The notes beneath the pieces are model-generated. The model made no database searches, had not been told where the DNA came from, and was given only the letters and a program-made list of their open reading frames with translations. Shown one piece after another: positions 38,397 to 48,140 of a stretch of DNA of 64,000 bases. Position 1 is the stretch's first letter; every line of letters starts with the position of its first letter. The stretch is from Candidatus Brocadiia bacterium (lineage in GTDB: Bacteria > Planctomycetota > Brocadiia > CAIUPP01), in the NCBI GenBank assembly GCA_050015075.1, contig JBEKCB010000001.1, positions 32,001 through 96,000 on the forward strand, given 5' to 3'. Both the position numbers and the translations under genes were made by a program.

Positions 38397-38747
38397 ATGG
38401 ATGAAGGTTCGGTCGTCTCGCTGGAGGTCGAGCGGCGCGGCGCCGTCTGCCTCGTCAGCCCGCACGGCCGCATCGGCGAGGCCGAAGCGCACCCCTTCCA
38501 GCGCGAACTCCTGGCGCTGGCGGACCAGGGCGCGACCAAAATCATCGTGGATCTCTCCGACGTTTCCTTCATGACCAGCAGCAGCCTCGGCGCGCTGATG
38601 GTCGTCCACAAGCGCGTGCGGCCGCAGGGCGGCTATGTCCGCCTGGCCAGCCCGCAGCCGCTGGTGCACCGCGTCCTGGAGATCACCAAGCTCACCCGGC
38701 TGTTCGGCAGCTACCGCACCGTCCGCGAAGCGCTCGCCGCGAAGTGA
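38397..38747 (+). CDS. STAS-domain anti-anti-sigma factor
   Basis: IIVDLSDVSFMTSSSLGAL, VLEITKL. Confidence 0.9.
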   Translation: MDEGSVVSLEVERRGAVCLVSPHGRIGEAEAHPFQRELLALADQGATKIIVDLSDVSFMTSSSLGALMVVHKRVRPQGGYVRLASPQPLVHRVLEITKLTRLFGSYRTVREALAAK

Positions 38748-38753
38748 GCGTTC

Positions 38754-38830
38754 GTAGTGTGCCCGTCAGGGCATACCGCTTGTAGTGGCGCCGTCAGGCG
38801 CTGCTTCGTATGCCCTGACGGGCACACTAC
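38754..38830. repeat. GTAG-type REP triplet (49-bp doublet plus an extra REP)
   Basis: GTAGTGTGCCCGTCAGGGCATAC + GTAGTGGCGCCGTCAGGCGC + GTATGCCCTGACGGGCACACTAC. Confidence 0.85.
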
Positions 38831-38966
38831 GAACGGCCTTTTGCGCGGCCGGCGAAACTTCTGCTATACTTTTCCCCTGACGGATCGTGAAACCGCGTTC
38901 GGCTGTCCGCCCGTTCGACTTGGCCCAGGCGGCCCTGAGCATGGCCGAATGGGCCGCGAGGCTCGC

Positions 38967-41591
38967 ATGACGCAAACCCCCATGATGCGGCAGTATCAGG
39001 AGATCAAGGCGCAGTATCCCGGCGCCCTCCTGCTCTTCCGCCTCGGGGATTTCTACGAGATGTTTTACGACGACGCGGTGCTCGCCTCGCGGCTGCTCGG
39101 CCTGACCCTGACCTCGCGCAGCAAGGGCGAGAAGGCCGTGCCGATGGCCGGCGTGCCGTACCATTCCGTCCACGCCTACGTCAAGCGCCTCATCCAGGCC
39201 GGATACAAAGTCGCCCTCTGCGACCAGATCGAAGACCCGCGCCAGGCCCAGGGGCTGGTGGACCGCGATGTGACACGCGTCATTACGCCCGGCACCGTGA
39301 CGGAGGACTCGCTGCTCGAGAGCAAGGACCACAACTATCTCGCCGCGCTGCTGCTCGAGGGCGATGCCGTCGGCCTGTCGTGGGTGGACCTGAGCACCGG
39401 GCAGTTCCACGCCGAGGACCTGCCGGCCGCGCACCTCGGCGATGAACTCACCCGCCTGAACCCGACCGAGCTGCTCCTGCCCGAGAGCCTGGCCTCCGCC
39501 GCCGACGGCCGCCTGGAACGCTTCCGGCGCGAGACGGGCGCGATGATCACGCCGCGGCCGGACTGGGCCTTCGGGCGCGAGACCGCGCAGAAGACGCTCT
39601 TCGAGCATTTCCGCGTGCAGTCGCTGGAAGGGTTCGGCTGCGGCTCGCTGGGTCCCTCGCTCTCGGCGGCGGGCGCGACGCTCCAGTACCTCCAGGAGAC
39701 GCAGAAGATCTCCCTCGGCCACATCCGGCGGCTAGCGCGCATGAGCGATTCGGACCGCGTGGTGCTCGACCGCTCGACGCAACTCAGCCTGGAGCTGACG
39801 CGCACGCTCCGCGAAGGCGCGCGCAAGGGCTCGCTGCTGGGCGTGCTCGACCGCACGCTGACGCCGATGGGCGGCCGGCTGCTGAAGGAGTGGATCGTCG
39901 GGCCGCTGCGGCGGATCGAGGAGATCACCGCGCGGCAGGACGGCGTGGAGGAATTCTTCAAGGACCGCGCGCTGCGGCAGGAGGCCCGGGCGCGGCTGAA
40001 CGAGGTGTACGACATCGAGCGGCTGACGGCGCGCGTGGCCACCGCGCGGGCGAACGCGCGCGACCTGCTGGCGCTGCGGCGCTCGCTGGAGCCGCTGCCC
40101 GCGCTGAAGGAGCGCCTGAGCGCGGCGGGGAACGCGCGGCTCCGCGCCATCGGCGGACAGCTCGACACGGTGGACGAGGCGCGCGCGCTTATCGGCGCGG
40201 CGATCGCCGCCGACCCGCCGGCGCTCCTGAAGGAAGGCGGCCTCATCCGCGAAGGCTATTCCGCCGAACTCGACGAACTGCGCTCGATCCAGCGCGACGG
40301 CAAGAGCTGGATCGCGCGCTTCCAGGCGAGCGAGATCGAGCGCACCAAAATCCCCTCGCTCAAGGTCGGCTACAACCAGGTCTTCGGCTATTACATCGAG
40401 GTCACGCACACGCACCAGCAGAAAATCCCCGCCGACTACCTGCGCAAGCAGACCCTGAAAAACGCCGAGCGCTACGTCACGCCGGAGCTGAAGGAGTACG
40501 AGGCGCGCGTGCTCACGGCGGAGGACCGCGCGCGCGATATCGAGTATGACCTGTTCCTCCGCGTCCGCGACGAGGTCGGCCGGCACGCCGGACGCCTGCA
40601 GGAGACGGCCCACCTGCTGGCCGAGACCGACGCGCTGGCCTCGCTCGCCGACGTGGCGGCGGAATACCACTACGCGCGGCCGCAGATGACCGAGGGCTAC
40701 GAGGTGGAGATCCGCGACGGGCGCCACCCGGTGCTCGAGCGGACGCTCTCCGAGCCGTTCGTGCCGAACGACACCGCGCTCGACGGCGCGAACACCCAGA
40801 TCATGATCATCACCGGCCCGAACATGGCAGGCAAGTCCACCTATATCCGCCAGACGGCGCTGATCGTGCTGATGGCGCACGTCGGCTCGTTCGTCCCGGC
40901 CGCCTCGGCGCGGATCGGGATGACGGACCGCATCTTCACCCGCGTCGGCGCGGCGGACGAGATCGCCCGCGGCCAGAGCACCTTCATGGTCGAGATGATC
41001 GAGACGGCGAACATCCTCCACAACGCGACGCGCCGCAGCCTGATCATCCTCGACGAGGTCGGGCGCGGCACGAGCACGTTCGACGGCGTCAGCATCGCCT
41101 GGGCCGTGGCCGAGTACATCGCGCGGAACCTGAAGAGCCGCACGCTCTTCGCGACGCATTACCACGAGCTGACGGAGCTGGCCTCGCTCTTCGAGACGAT
41201 TAAGAACTACAACATCGCCGTCCGCGAGTGGCAGGACGAGATCATCTTTCTGCGGCGGATCGTCGAGGGCGGCACCGACAAGAGCTACGGCATCCACGTC
41301 GCGCGGCTGGCGGGCGTGCCCGACGAGGTGGTCGAGCGCGCGAAGACGATCCTGGCGAACCTCGAGAACGCGGCGCTCGACGAGCGCGACCGCCCGAAAA
41401 TCGCCGCAGAAGCCGTGCGCAAGAAGCGCGGCGCGGCGGCCCGGAAATCGGACAGCCTGCAACTGACGCTCTTCAGCCGCGAATCGGACGTCGTCGCCGA
41501 TACGCTGCGGCGCCTCGACCTCGGCTCCTTGACGCCGGCGGAGGCGCTGAAGAAACTCGAAGAACTCAAGCGACTCGCCGACGGCGGCTAG
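38967..41591 (+). CDS. mutS: DNA mismatch repair protein MutS
   Basis: TPMMRQY, GDFYEMF, TGPNMAGKSTY, STFMVEM, DEVGRGT, SYGIHVA. Confidence 0.98.
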   Translation: MTQTPMMRQYQEIKAQYPGALLLFRLGDFYEMFYDDAVLASRLLGLTLTSRSKGEKAVPMAGVPYHSVHAYVKRLIQAGYKVALCDQIEDPRQAQGLVDRDVTRVITPGTVTEDSLLESKDHNYLAALLLEGDAVGLSWVDLSTGQFHAEDLPAAHLGDELTRLNPTELLLPESLASAADGRLERFRRETGAMITPRPDWAFGRETAQKTLFEHFRVQSLEGFGCGSLGPSLSAAGATLQYLQETQKISLGHIRRLARMSDSDRVVLDRSTQLSLELTRTLREGARKGSLLGVLDRTLTPMGGRLLKEWIVGPLRRIEEITARQDGVEEFFKDRALRQEARARLNEVYDIERLTARVATARANARDLLALRRSLEPLPALKERLSAAGNARLRAIGGQLDTVDEARALIGAAIAADPPALLKEGGLIREGYSAELDELRSIQRDGKSWIARFQASEIERTKIPSLKVGYNQVFGYYIEVTHTHQQKIPADYLRKQTLKNAERYVTPELKEYEARVLTAEDRARDIEYDLFLRVRDEVGRHAGRLQETAHLLAETDALASLADVAAEYHYARPQMTEGYEVEIRDGRHPVLERTLSEPFVPNDTALDGANTQIMIITGPNMAGKSTYIRQTALIVLMAHVGSFVPAASARIGMTDRIFTRVGAADEIARGQSTFMVEMIETANILHNATRRSLIILDEVGRGTSTFDGVSIAWAVAEYIARNLKSRTLFATHYHELTELASLFETIKNYNIAVREWQDEIIFLRRIVEGGTDKSYGIHVARLAGVPDEVVERAKTILANLENAALDERDRPKIAAEAVRKKRGAAARKSDSLQLTLFSRESDVVADTLRRLDLGSLTPAEALKKLEELKRLADGG

Positions 41592-41652
41592 CGCGGTCGG
41601 GAGAGAATATCCCTGTTTGATGCGGCGCGGTTGATGCGGGGCGGGTCAGCGG

Positions 41653-41880
41653 TCAGCGGATGTGGCGGCCGGTGTTCTTGAGGCTCCGCAGACGCTCGAC
41701 CTTCGACGCCCAGTCGTGCGTGTCCTGCGGATAGCCGCGCAGTCCCCAGTTATCCAGCCAGATGGCCACCTGCCGCAGGAGAATGCGGACTCGGCGCTGC
41801 GCGCGCGCCGGCTTCTTTCGGGTAGAGGGCGGCGCGTTCGGCGCCGGGCCTTGCCTGGAAGATCTTTTTCCCTCGATCAT
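41653..41880 (-). CDS. Small basic hypothetical protein
   Basis: Short ORF with plausible codon usage in an intergenic gap; no recognisable motif. Confidence 0.35.
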   Translation of the reverse strand: MIEGKRSSRQGPAPNAPPSTRKKPARAQRRVRILLRQVAIWLDNWGLRGYPQDTHDWASKVERLRSLKNTGRHIR

Positions 41881-42084
41881 CGGCCGAATTCCCAATACAG
41901 CAACGCAACCGAATCAGCGAGATGCCCATCGCGGTGAAAGCCTGGTCTGCATGCGGCAGCCTGCCTCTCCTGCCCCAAGGCGCGTCTGCGAAGGCCGGCT
42001 TCAGCGCTTGAGCCTCCAGTCAAGCTACTAAAGGCTAGCACAGCGGCCGCCGCCATGCAAGCGCTTTCAGCGAGCTGAACATGG

Positions 42085-42408
42085 TCAGAGGACCACGCTG
42101 GAGAGGTAAATCGCGCCGGCGAGGCAAGCCGCGCTGAAAACGGCTATCCCAACGACGAATACGGTTTCGTCGGCGTCTCCGGCCCGGGCCTTGGATGCCC
42201 GCGGTGCATCCCGCTGCGCCCGGTCGGCGTAACGGCTCGCCTCCTGTCGGTCCGGCGCGGCGCCCTGGAAGCAGAAGGAAGGCTGCTTCGCCGGCCGGCT
42301 CTCAGGCGGCGTCGAGTTCTCCGTTGACGCCGTCTCCGCGCGGCAAGTCGGGCTTCCGGCCGCCAGGACCAGCGTAAGCGCCAGGACTACGCAAAGCATT
42401 CTTCGCAT
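42085..42408 (-). CDS. Small exported protein with C-terminal TM helix (PA2779-like candidate C39 substrate)
   Basis: GGAGGG RBS; signal peptide; ...KARAG|DADE followed by hydrophobic TVFVVGIAVFSAACLAGAIYL. Confidence 0.65.
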   Translation of the reverse strand: MRRMLCVVLALTLVLAAGSPTCRAETASTENSTPPESRPAKQPSFCFQGAAPDRQEASRYADRAQRDAPRASKARAGDADETVFVVGIAVFSAACLAGAIYLSSVVL

Positions 42409-42448
42409 CGCCGTGACCGAGCCCTCCGATGATTGTCTTTCGACCGGA

Positions 42449-43090
42449 CTATGGACCGGCAACCGCGGCCTGCGGCGCGCGCGGCGCCAGGAGCACCATG
42501 ACATAGTCGTTCCGCTTCCAGCCGCTCATGAGGCGCGTCTTCCGCACCTGGTATCTGCCGGCGGCCGGGTCCTGGATGACGAACCATTCATCGCCGATCG
42601 TCCCGATGACGACCGTCCAGTGCTTCGGCGGCCAGAGATCGCAGAGAAGCCGCTTGATCGCCGCGTAATACGGCAGCGAAATCGCCGGATCGCCGACGGC
42701 GCCGCAGTAGGCCATGACGATGGCGGGCCGGCCCTTCCGCACGCAGTCCTCCAGGTCGCTGAGTGTGCCGCGGAAGGCGTAGGCGTCGAGGCCGGCGGTC
42801 TTCGCCGCCGCGCACAGGTCCGTGGCGGAGGTGTTATTCTTCTGGAAAGGCGCCAAGCCTTCGCGCAGGTTCGGCGAGATCCCGTGCGTCCAGTATGTCG
42901 CGACGGAAGCGAGGCACGCGGGGCCGCAGGTGAGTTCCGGGCCCTGCCGGATGGAGGGAACGCCCTCGATGATGAACGCCTCTTCGTTAAGCCCCACTCC
43001 CACATATCGCGTCGCGTCGGCGCAGCCGGAGAGTTGGAGAGCCGCCAGGAGCAGCGCGCATAGCACCACGGCTCTTCCACGGCCACCCAT
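42449..43090 (-). CDS. Stand-alone C39-like cysteine peptidase lipoprotein
   Basis: Lipobox LSG|C; Q....TCGPACLA, HWTVVIG, IQDPA catalytic pattern. Confidence 0.85.
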   Translation of the reverse strand: MGGRGRAVVLCALLLAALQLSGCADATRYVGVGLNEEAFIIEGVPSIRQGPELTCGPACLASVATYWTHGISPNLREGLAPFQKNNTSATDLCAAAKTAGLDAYAFRGTLSDLEDCVRKGRPAIVMAYCGAVGDPAISLPYYAAIKRLLCDLWPPKHWTVVIGTIGDEWFVIQDPAAGRYQVRKTRLMSGWKRNDYVMVLLAPRAPQAAVAGP

Positions 43091-43147
43091 CAGCAGACCT
43101 CAAAGGCTCACGGCATCGTCTCAGCGCGTCTTGCGCCCCACCATCTG

Positions 43148-43176
43148 ATGCTAGCACCCGCGCGGGCGAGCGTCAA
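43148..43176 (-). promoter_or_regulatory. Sigma70-type promoter for the C39 peptidase pair
   Basis: Minus strand TTGACG-N17-TAGCAT. Confidence 0.5.
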
Positions 43177-43206
43177 GAGGGCGCCGACGCATGCCGCCCT
43201 CCGCGC

Positions 43207-45063
43207 TCATTCCGGTTTGGCGAAAAGCGCCTGGAGCGTCGCGGAGGCGATCGGGCCGGCGACCGCGGCGCCGTAGCCCGGAACGTTGTGCACGACCACG
43301 ACAAAGGCCCAGCGCGGCGAATTCCACGGCAGATAACCGGCGATCCAGGCCTGGTTGATGGTGCGGTCCCGCGTCTCCGCCGTGCCGGTCTTCACCGCCG
43401 CCTTCAACTCGCGAAGCCCGGGAACGTTGCTGGCGGTGCCGGCGAGCGTGCACTGGCGCATGCCGTCGCGCACGGCTTGCAGCCCCTCCGGCGGCAGCGC
43501 GACCTCGCACGGAGTGAATGCGTCCGCTGCGGCGGTCGCGTCCGCTTCAGGCGGCGGCTCGATCCGATGCAGGATCGTGGGCCGCGGGGACTTGCCGCCG
43601 TTGGCGATCACGGCGGTCATCACCGCGATCTGCAGGGGCGTGACGCTGAGGTCGCCTTGCCCGATCCCCAGGTTCATCGTCTGGCCCGCCGGCCAGCCGC
43701 GGCGCAGTTGCGGCAGCCGGCCGGCCCATTCGTACGGCAGGTCCACGCCGGTCCGACGTCCGAGGTTGAGGGCGCTCGCCCAGGCGAGAATCGCGGGCGC
43801 GCCGGTCTGGTGCGCGACCTGGAAGAAATAGATGTTGCAGGACATGGCGAGGGCCTGCGCCATGTTCACGGCGCCGTGATGGCCTTCGCAATGGAACGTG
43901 ATGCCGCCGTAGACCAGCGTGCCGTCGCAGGTGATGGTGCGCTCGGTCCCGAACCCGCCGGCGGCCGCGGCGAGCGCGACGACTGGCTTGAAGACCGACC
44001 CCGGCGCCACGCTGTCCTGTGTCGCTCGCGACAGGTACGGCTTCATCGGCAGGTCCTCGGCGGCCGGGCCGGTGGCCGGATCGAACGAAGGCGAACTGGC
44101 CAGGACCAGCAGCTCGCCGGTCCGCAGGTCCATCACCACCGCGGCCCCGACGACGCCGGCGAGCGCCTTCTCGGCCTGCCGCTGCGCCGGCCCGGAGAGC
44201 GCCAGGTAAACGTTGCTCCCCGGCTGCGCGCCGAAGAGGACGTTCCGCGCCAGGCCGCCGGTCTTCGGGTCCACGGCGGTGTTGACGATCCCCGCCACGC
44301 CGCGCAGCGCGGCGTCGAACTGCTTCTCCGCTCCGGCGATGCCGACGCGGTCGCCTGGACGAACGTTCGGGTCTTCCGGCGTTTGGCCGGACGATGGCGG
44401 CTGCGCGCGCCCGAGATATCCCACGGTGTGCGCCGCGAATTTCCCCTGCGGGTACGATCTGCGCCACGCCGCCGAGACCGCGACGCCGGGCAGCCGGCCG
44501 GCGCCGGCGGCCGCCCGCTCGGCGGTCTCGACGGAGACGCCGCTGATCAACACGTGCGGGAGGGTCTCTTCGTAAAGCACGCGCTTGCCGAACTCCGCCT
44601 CGTGATCGCCCAACACCTGCCGGCGCATCTGGCGCACCTGGTTGACGATCTGGCCGATCCGCGCCAGGATGAAGTCGCGGTCGCACCCGGCCGCCGCGGA
44701 GAGCGCATCGAGCCGCGCCTGGAGCGTGTCCTCGGCCATCGGATGGCGCTTCTCCGCCTCGCGGATCCGCTCGCGCTCCTCCTGGAACATGTCGTTGCCG
44801 CCGAGGGAGCACATCCGGAGCAGCTCGCCGTACTGGACGGCGAGCTCCAGCGTGGGCTGGTCGCAGGCGAGGACGGCGCCGTCGCGGTCGAAGATGGTCC
44901 CGCGCGCGGCGGGGACCTCCTCCAGCGGCACCGGCCGCCGCAGCACGGCATCCGGGTCTTCGCTGGTCAGGCCGAGCACCTGCAGTTGAAAGAGCCTGGC
45001 GCCGATGCAGAGCAGCGCCGCGCAGAAGACGAAATACAGAAGGCCGAGCCGCCGGTCAAACAT
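43207..45063 (-). CDS. mrdA: Penicillin-binding protein 2
   Basis: ARGTIFDR, GSVFK (SxxK), SCN, KTGTAE; located after mreBCD. Confidence 0.92.
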   Translation of the reverse strand: MFDRRLGLLYFVFCAALLCIGARLFQLQVLGLTSEDPDAVLRRPVPLEEVPAARGTIFDRDGAVLACDQPTLELAVQYGELLRMCSLGGNDMFQEERERIREAEKRHPMAEDTLQARLDALSAAAGCDRDFILARIGQIVNQVRQMRRQVLGDHEAEFGKRVLYEETLPHVLISGVSVETAERAAAGAGRLPGVAVSAAWRRSYPQGKFAAHTVGYLGRAQPPSSGQTPEDPNVRPGDRVGIAGAEKQFDAALRGVAGIVNTAVDPKTGGLARNVLFGAQPGSNVYLALSGPAQRQAEKALAGVVGAAVVMDLRTGELLVLASSPSFDPATGPAAEDLPMKPYLSRATQDSVAPGSVFKPVVALAAAAGGFGTERTITCDGTLVYGGITFHCEGHHGAVNMAQALAMSCNIYFFQVAHQTGAPAILAWASALNLGRRTGVDLPYEWAGRLPQLRRGWPAGQTMNLGIGQGDLSVTPLQIAVMTAVIANGGKSPRPTILHRIEPPPEADATAAADAFTPCEVALPPEGLQAVRDGMRQCTLAGTASNVPGLRELKAAVKTGTAETRDRTINQAWIAGYLPWNSPRWAFVVVVHNVPGYGAAVAGPIASATLQALFAKPE

Positions 45064-45087
45064 GGCCTTCCTCACGCAAAATGCTCT

Positions 45088-45178
45088 TCCACCACGACGA
45101 CACAACGAGCACGACGCAACGGCTATTAAGGCAACAGTTATGTTTATGTGCGTTGTGCCCGTAGTGTCGTCGTGGTTT
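45088..45178. repeat. 9-bp periodic inverted repeat between mreD and mrdA
   Basis: CCACCACGACGACACAACGAGCACGACG ... CGTTGTGCCCGTAGTGTCGTCGTGGTT. Confidence 0.75.
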
Positions 45179-45186
45179 AGAATGAT

Positions 45187-45726
45187 TCATGCCGCTCCTC
45201 CGGCCTCGTCGTAGGTCGCCCTCAGGCTCCTCGCATGGCCCTTACGGCGCAGCAGGCGGTCCAGGCAGCGGAAGAACAGCCAGGCGACGCACGCGGTGAC
45301 AAGCGAGGCGGTCAGCACGCCGCGGAACGCGCCGGGCATGGGCCACAGCCGGCCGCCTTCGCGCCCGAGCGCCCACGCGGCCACGCATTCGGTAGTGAAC
45401 GCCGCCGCCCAGGCCAGCACTGCGCCGGTCGCCGCGGAGCGCGCGTCCAGGGCCGGCCGCAGACGCGCGATCACCGCTCCCGCCGCCAGGTAGAGCAGCG
45501 CGTATTCCCCGACCGGTCCCGACGAAAGCAGGTCCTTGGCGAGGCCGGTCATCCAGCACAGCGCCAGGGTGTCGGCGTCGCGCCCGGGCTGCGCGCGCAG
45601 CGCCGCGAAGGCGACCAGGATCACAAAGAGGTCCGGTCGCCAGGCCGGCGAAACGTGGCGCGGCAGCGGGCCGCACGCGAGCAGCGCCACGACCGCCAAT
45701 ACCAGCAGCCAACTGCCGACCCGCAT
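45187..45726 (-). CDS. mreD: Rod shape-determining protein MreD
   Basis: RPDLFVILV, GLAKDLLS..PVGEYAL; position in the operon. Confidence 0.85.
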   Translation of the reverse strand: MRVGSWLLVLAVVALLACGPLPRHVSPAWRPDLFVILVAFAALRAQPGRDADTLALCWMTGLAKDLLSSGPVGEYALLYLAAGAVIARLRPALDARSAATGAVLAWAAAFTTECVAAWALGREGGRLWPMPGAFRGVLTASLVTACVAWLFFRCLDRLLRRKGHARSLRATYDEAGGAA

Positions 45727-45737
45727 CGAAGGCTCTC

Positions 45738-46571
45738 CTATCCGCTCGGCGCGGCGGTTTCGGGCAACAGGATGACGGCGTCCTCGAGCAGCGCCGGGTC
45801 GAAGGCCGGCTTCACGACCACCCATTGGAATATCGCGCCGGATTCGCGGGAGACCTCGGCGCATTCGCCGACGAAAAGCCCGGGCGGGAAGACGCCGTCC
45901 ATGCCGGAGGTGACGAACACGTCGCCGACCCGGACGTCGGCCTGCGCGCTGAGATCGTCCACCTGCGCCTCGCCGCCGCCGGCGCCTTTGAGCACGCCCT
46001 CGGCGCGCGAGTGCGCGCACCGCACGCCCATGCTGCACTCCCGGTCGCCGATGAGGACGACGCTGCAGGACCACGGTCCCACGGAATCCACGCGGCCGAT
46101 CAGCGCCTGGTTCCAGAGGACCGGCGCGTTGGGCGTCACGCCCGCGCGGCCGCCCTGGTTCAGGACCATCGTGCGGCGCAAGGCGGAGGAGTCGTACTTG
46201 AGGATCCGCGCCACGACGGGGCGCCCCTGCGCCTCGGCGGGCAACTGCGCCAGGTGGCTCAGGCGCAGCTCCAGCTCGCGGCGGCGCTCGGATTCCTGGA
46301 CGAGTTGCGCCCGCAGCCGGGCATTCTGCGCTTGCAGTTCGCGCACTTCACCGGCGGCGCGCCAGAGCCGGCCGATGCGGTCCGCCCAGCCTTCGGCCGG
46401 CGACAGGGCGCCCAGCGAGGCGCCCTGGAGCACCTGGACGGGAAATGTGGCGGCCAGGCGCGCGCGCCCGGTCCAGCCGGAAGGCAGCAGCATGAGGACC
46501 AGGGAAGCAACCAGGTAGGCGGCAAACGTTCTGAGGCGAGGTTGTGCGCTCTTTGACGGCAAAGACTTCAC
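45738..46571 (-). CDS. mreC: Rod shape-determining protein MreC
   Basis: TM helix, coiled coil ELQAQNARLR, LIGRV, GDVFVTSGMDGVFPPGL.VG. Confidence 0.93.
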   Translation of the reverse strand: MKSLPSKSAQPRLRTFAAYLVASLVLMLLPSGWTGRARLAATFPVQVLQGASLGALSPAEGWADRIGRLWRAAGEVRELQAQNARLRAQLVQESERRRELELRLSHLAQLPAEAQGRPVVARILKYDSSALRRTMVLNQGGRAGVTPNAPVLWNQALIGRVDSVGPWSCSVVLIGDRECSMGVRCAHSRAEGVLKGAGGGEAQVDDLSAQADVRVGDVFVTSGMDGVFPPGLFVGECAEVSRESGAIFQWVVVKPAFDPALLEDAVILLPETAAPSG

Positions 46572-46624
46572 GCTATGTCACAAGATTGCGGATTGCGGAA
46601 TTCCGCATTCCGCAAGGGTCTGTT

Positions 46625-47671
46625 CTATTCTTCGTCGCTGTCGAGCATGTCCTTGACGCGGTCGAGTTCCTCGAGCACGGCGCCGGTGCCGCGCGCTACG
46701 GCGGTGAGCGGGTCCTCGGCGATGCGGACGGTCAGGCCGGTCTCCTTGGCGATGAGGCGGTCAATCCCGCGCAGGAGCGCGCCGCCGCCGCAGAGCGTCA
46801 TGCCGCGGTCAATCAGGTCGGCGGAGAGTTCCGGGTCGGTCGTCTCGAGGGTGCGCTTGACGGCGTCGAGGATGACCTGGATCGGCTCGGAGAGCGCCTC
46901 GCGGACTTCCTCGCTGGTGATCGTGGCGGAGCGCGGGATACCGGCGATCAGGTCGCGGCCCTTGACCGCGCGGGTCAGTTCCTTTTCGAGGGGCGCGGCG
47001 GAGCCGATTTCGATCTTGACGGCCTCGGCGCTCGGCTCGCCGATGAGCAGGTTGTAGGTGCGCTTCATGTAGTTGATGATGGCATCGTTCATGTCGTCGC
47101 CGGCGATGCGCACCGACTGGCGGGTGACGATGCCGCCGAGCGAGATGACGGCGACCTCGGTGGTGCCGCCGCCGATGTCCACGATCATGTTGCCGACCGG
47201 CTCGAGGATCGGCAGTCCGACGCCGATGCCGGCGGCCTTCGGCTCGTCAATCAGGTAGACCTTTCGGGCGCCGGCGCGCCGGGCGGAGTCAATGACGGCC
47301 TGTTTCTCGACCGGCGTGATGCCCGACGGGACGGCGATGACGACGCGCGGGCTGACCATGCGGCTGCGGCCGTGGACCTTGCGGATGAAGTATTCGAGCA
47401 TGGCGCGCGTGATCTCGAAGTCGGTGATCACGCCGTCGCGCATGGGCCGGATCACCTGGATGGATCCGGGCGTCTTGCCCATCATTTCCTTGGCGACGTT
47501 GCCGACGGCATTGCCGTTGTCGAGGACCTGGCTGGTGCCGCGCTTGACGGCGACGACGGAGGGTTCCGAGAGGACAATGCCCTGGCCGACCAGGCACACG
47601 AGCGTATTCGCCGTGCCCAGGTCTATCCCCATATCGTGGGAGAAGAGTCCCACCAGGCGGTTCAGGAACAT
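46625..47671 (-). CDS. mreB: Rod shape-determining protein MreB
   Basis: DMGIDLGTANTL, EPSVVA, VDIGGGTTEVAVISLGG, GGGALL. Confidence 0.98.
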   Translation of the reverse strand: MFLNRLVGLFSHDMGIDLGTANTLVCLVGQGIVLSEPSVVAVKRGTSQVLDNGNAVGNVAKEMMGKTPGSIQVIRPMRDGVITDFEITRAMLEYFIRKVHGRSRMVSPRVVIAVPSGITPVEKQAVIDSARRAGARKVYLIDEPKAAGIGVGLPILEPVGNMIVDIGGGTTEVAVISLGGIVTRQSVRIAGDDMNDAIINYMKRTYNLLIGEPSAEAVKIEIGSAAPLEKELTRAVKGRDLIAGIPRSATITSEEVREALSEPIQVILDAVKRTLETTDPELSADLIDRGMTLCGGGALLRGIDRLIAKETGLTVRIAEDPLTAVARGTGAVLEELDRVKDMLDSDEE

Positions 47672-47749
47672 CCCAAATCCTTAGCGCGCCGTGGCCGGCA
47701 GTCCGCAACCGGCATCAGCGAATCCCGCGCGATTCCGGCGCGGCTCAGT

Positions 47750-48082
47750 TCAGGGCGTCGTCGCGGCCGTCGCCGGAGCCGCGGTCGTCCCGGGCGTCGG
47801 CGTCGTCGTCGGAGCGGGCGCCGGAGTCACCGTTCGAGCCGGCGCGGGCGCCGCCGTCCGAGCCGGCGCCGGCGGCCTCGACACCGGCATCGTCGTGGCC
47901 GTGGGCTCGAACTTATACGGCTTCGGCGGGCCTTGATAGAACGAGATATATTCGTGCGCAGCGAAGACCACGGCCAGCAGCATGGCCGCGCACGCGATGA
48001 TCAACATCACTTCGTAGACGGACTGTCCCGCGCTGCGGGCGGGTCGGCGCGCGGACGGGGTTCCAGGCATGGCGTTCATCAT
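47750..48082 (-). CDS. Small bitopic membrane protein with Pro/Ala/Thr-rich tail
   Basis: SVYEVMLIIACAAMLLAVVFAA TM segment followed by PAPART repeats. Confidence 0.65.
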   Translation of the reverse strand: MMNAMPGTPSARRPARSAGQSVYEVMLIIACAAMLLAVVFAAHEYISFYQGPPKPYKFEPTATTMPVSRPPAPARTAAPAPARTVTPAPAPTTTPTPGTTAAPATAATTP

Positions 48083-48140
48083 CCCGCTTTAAGGTCTCAG
48101 CTTTCAGGGTCGGCCGCTGCGTCCTCGGGACCCGGCGGCG

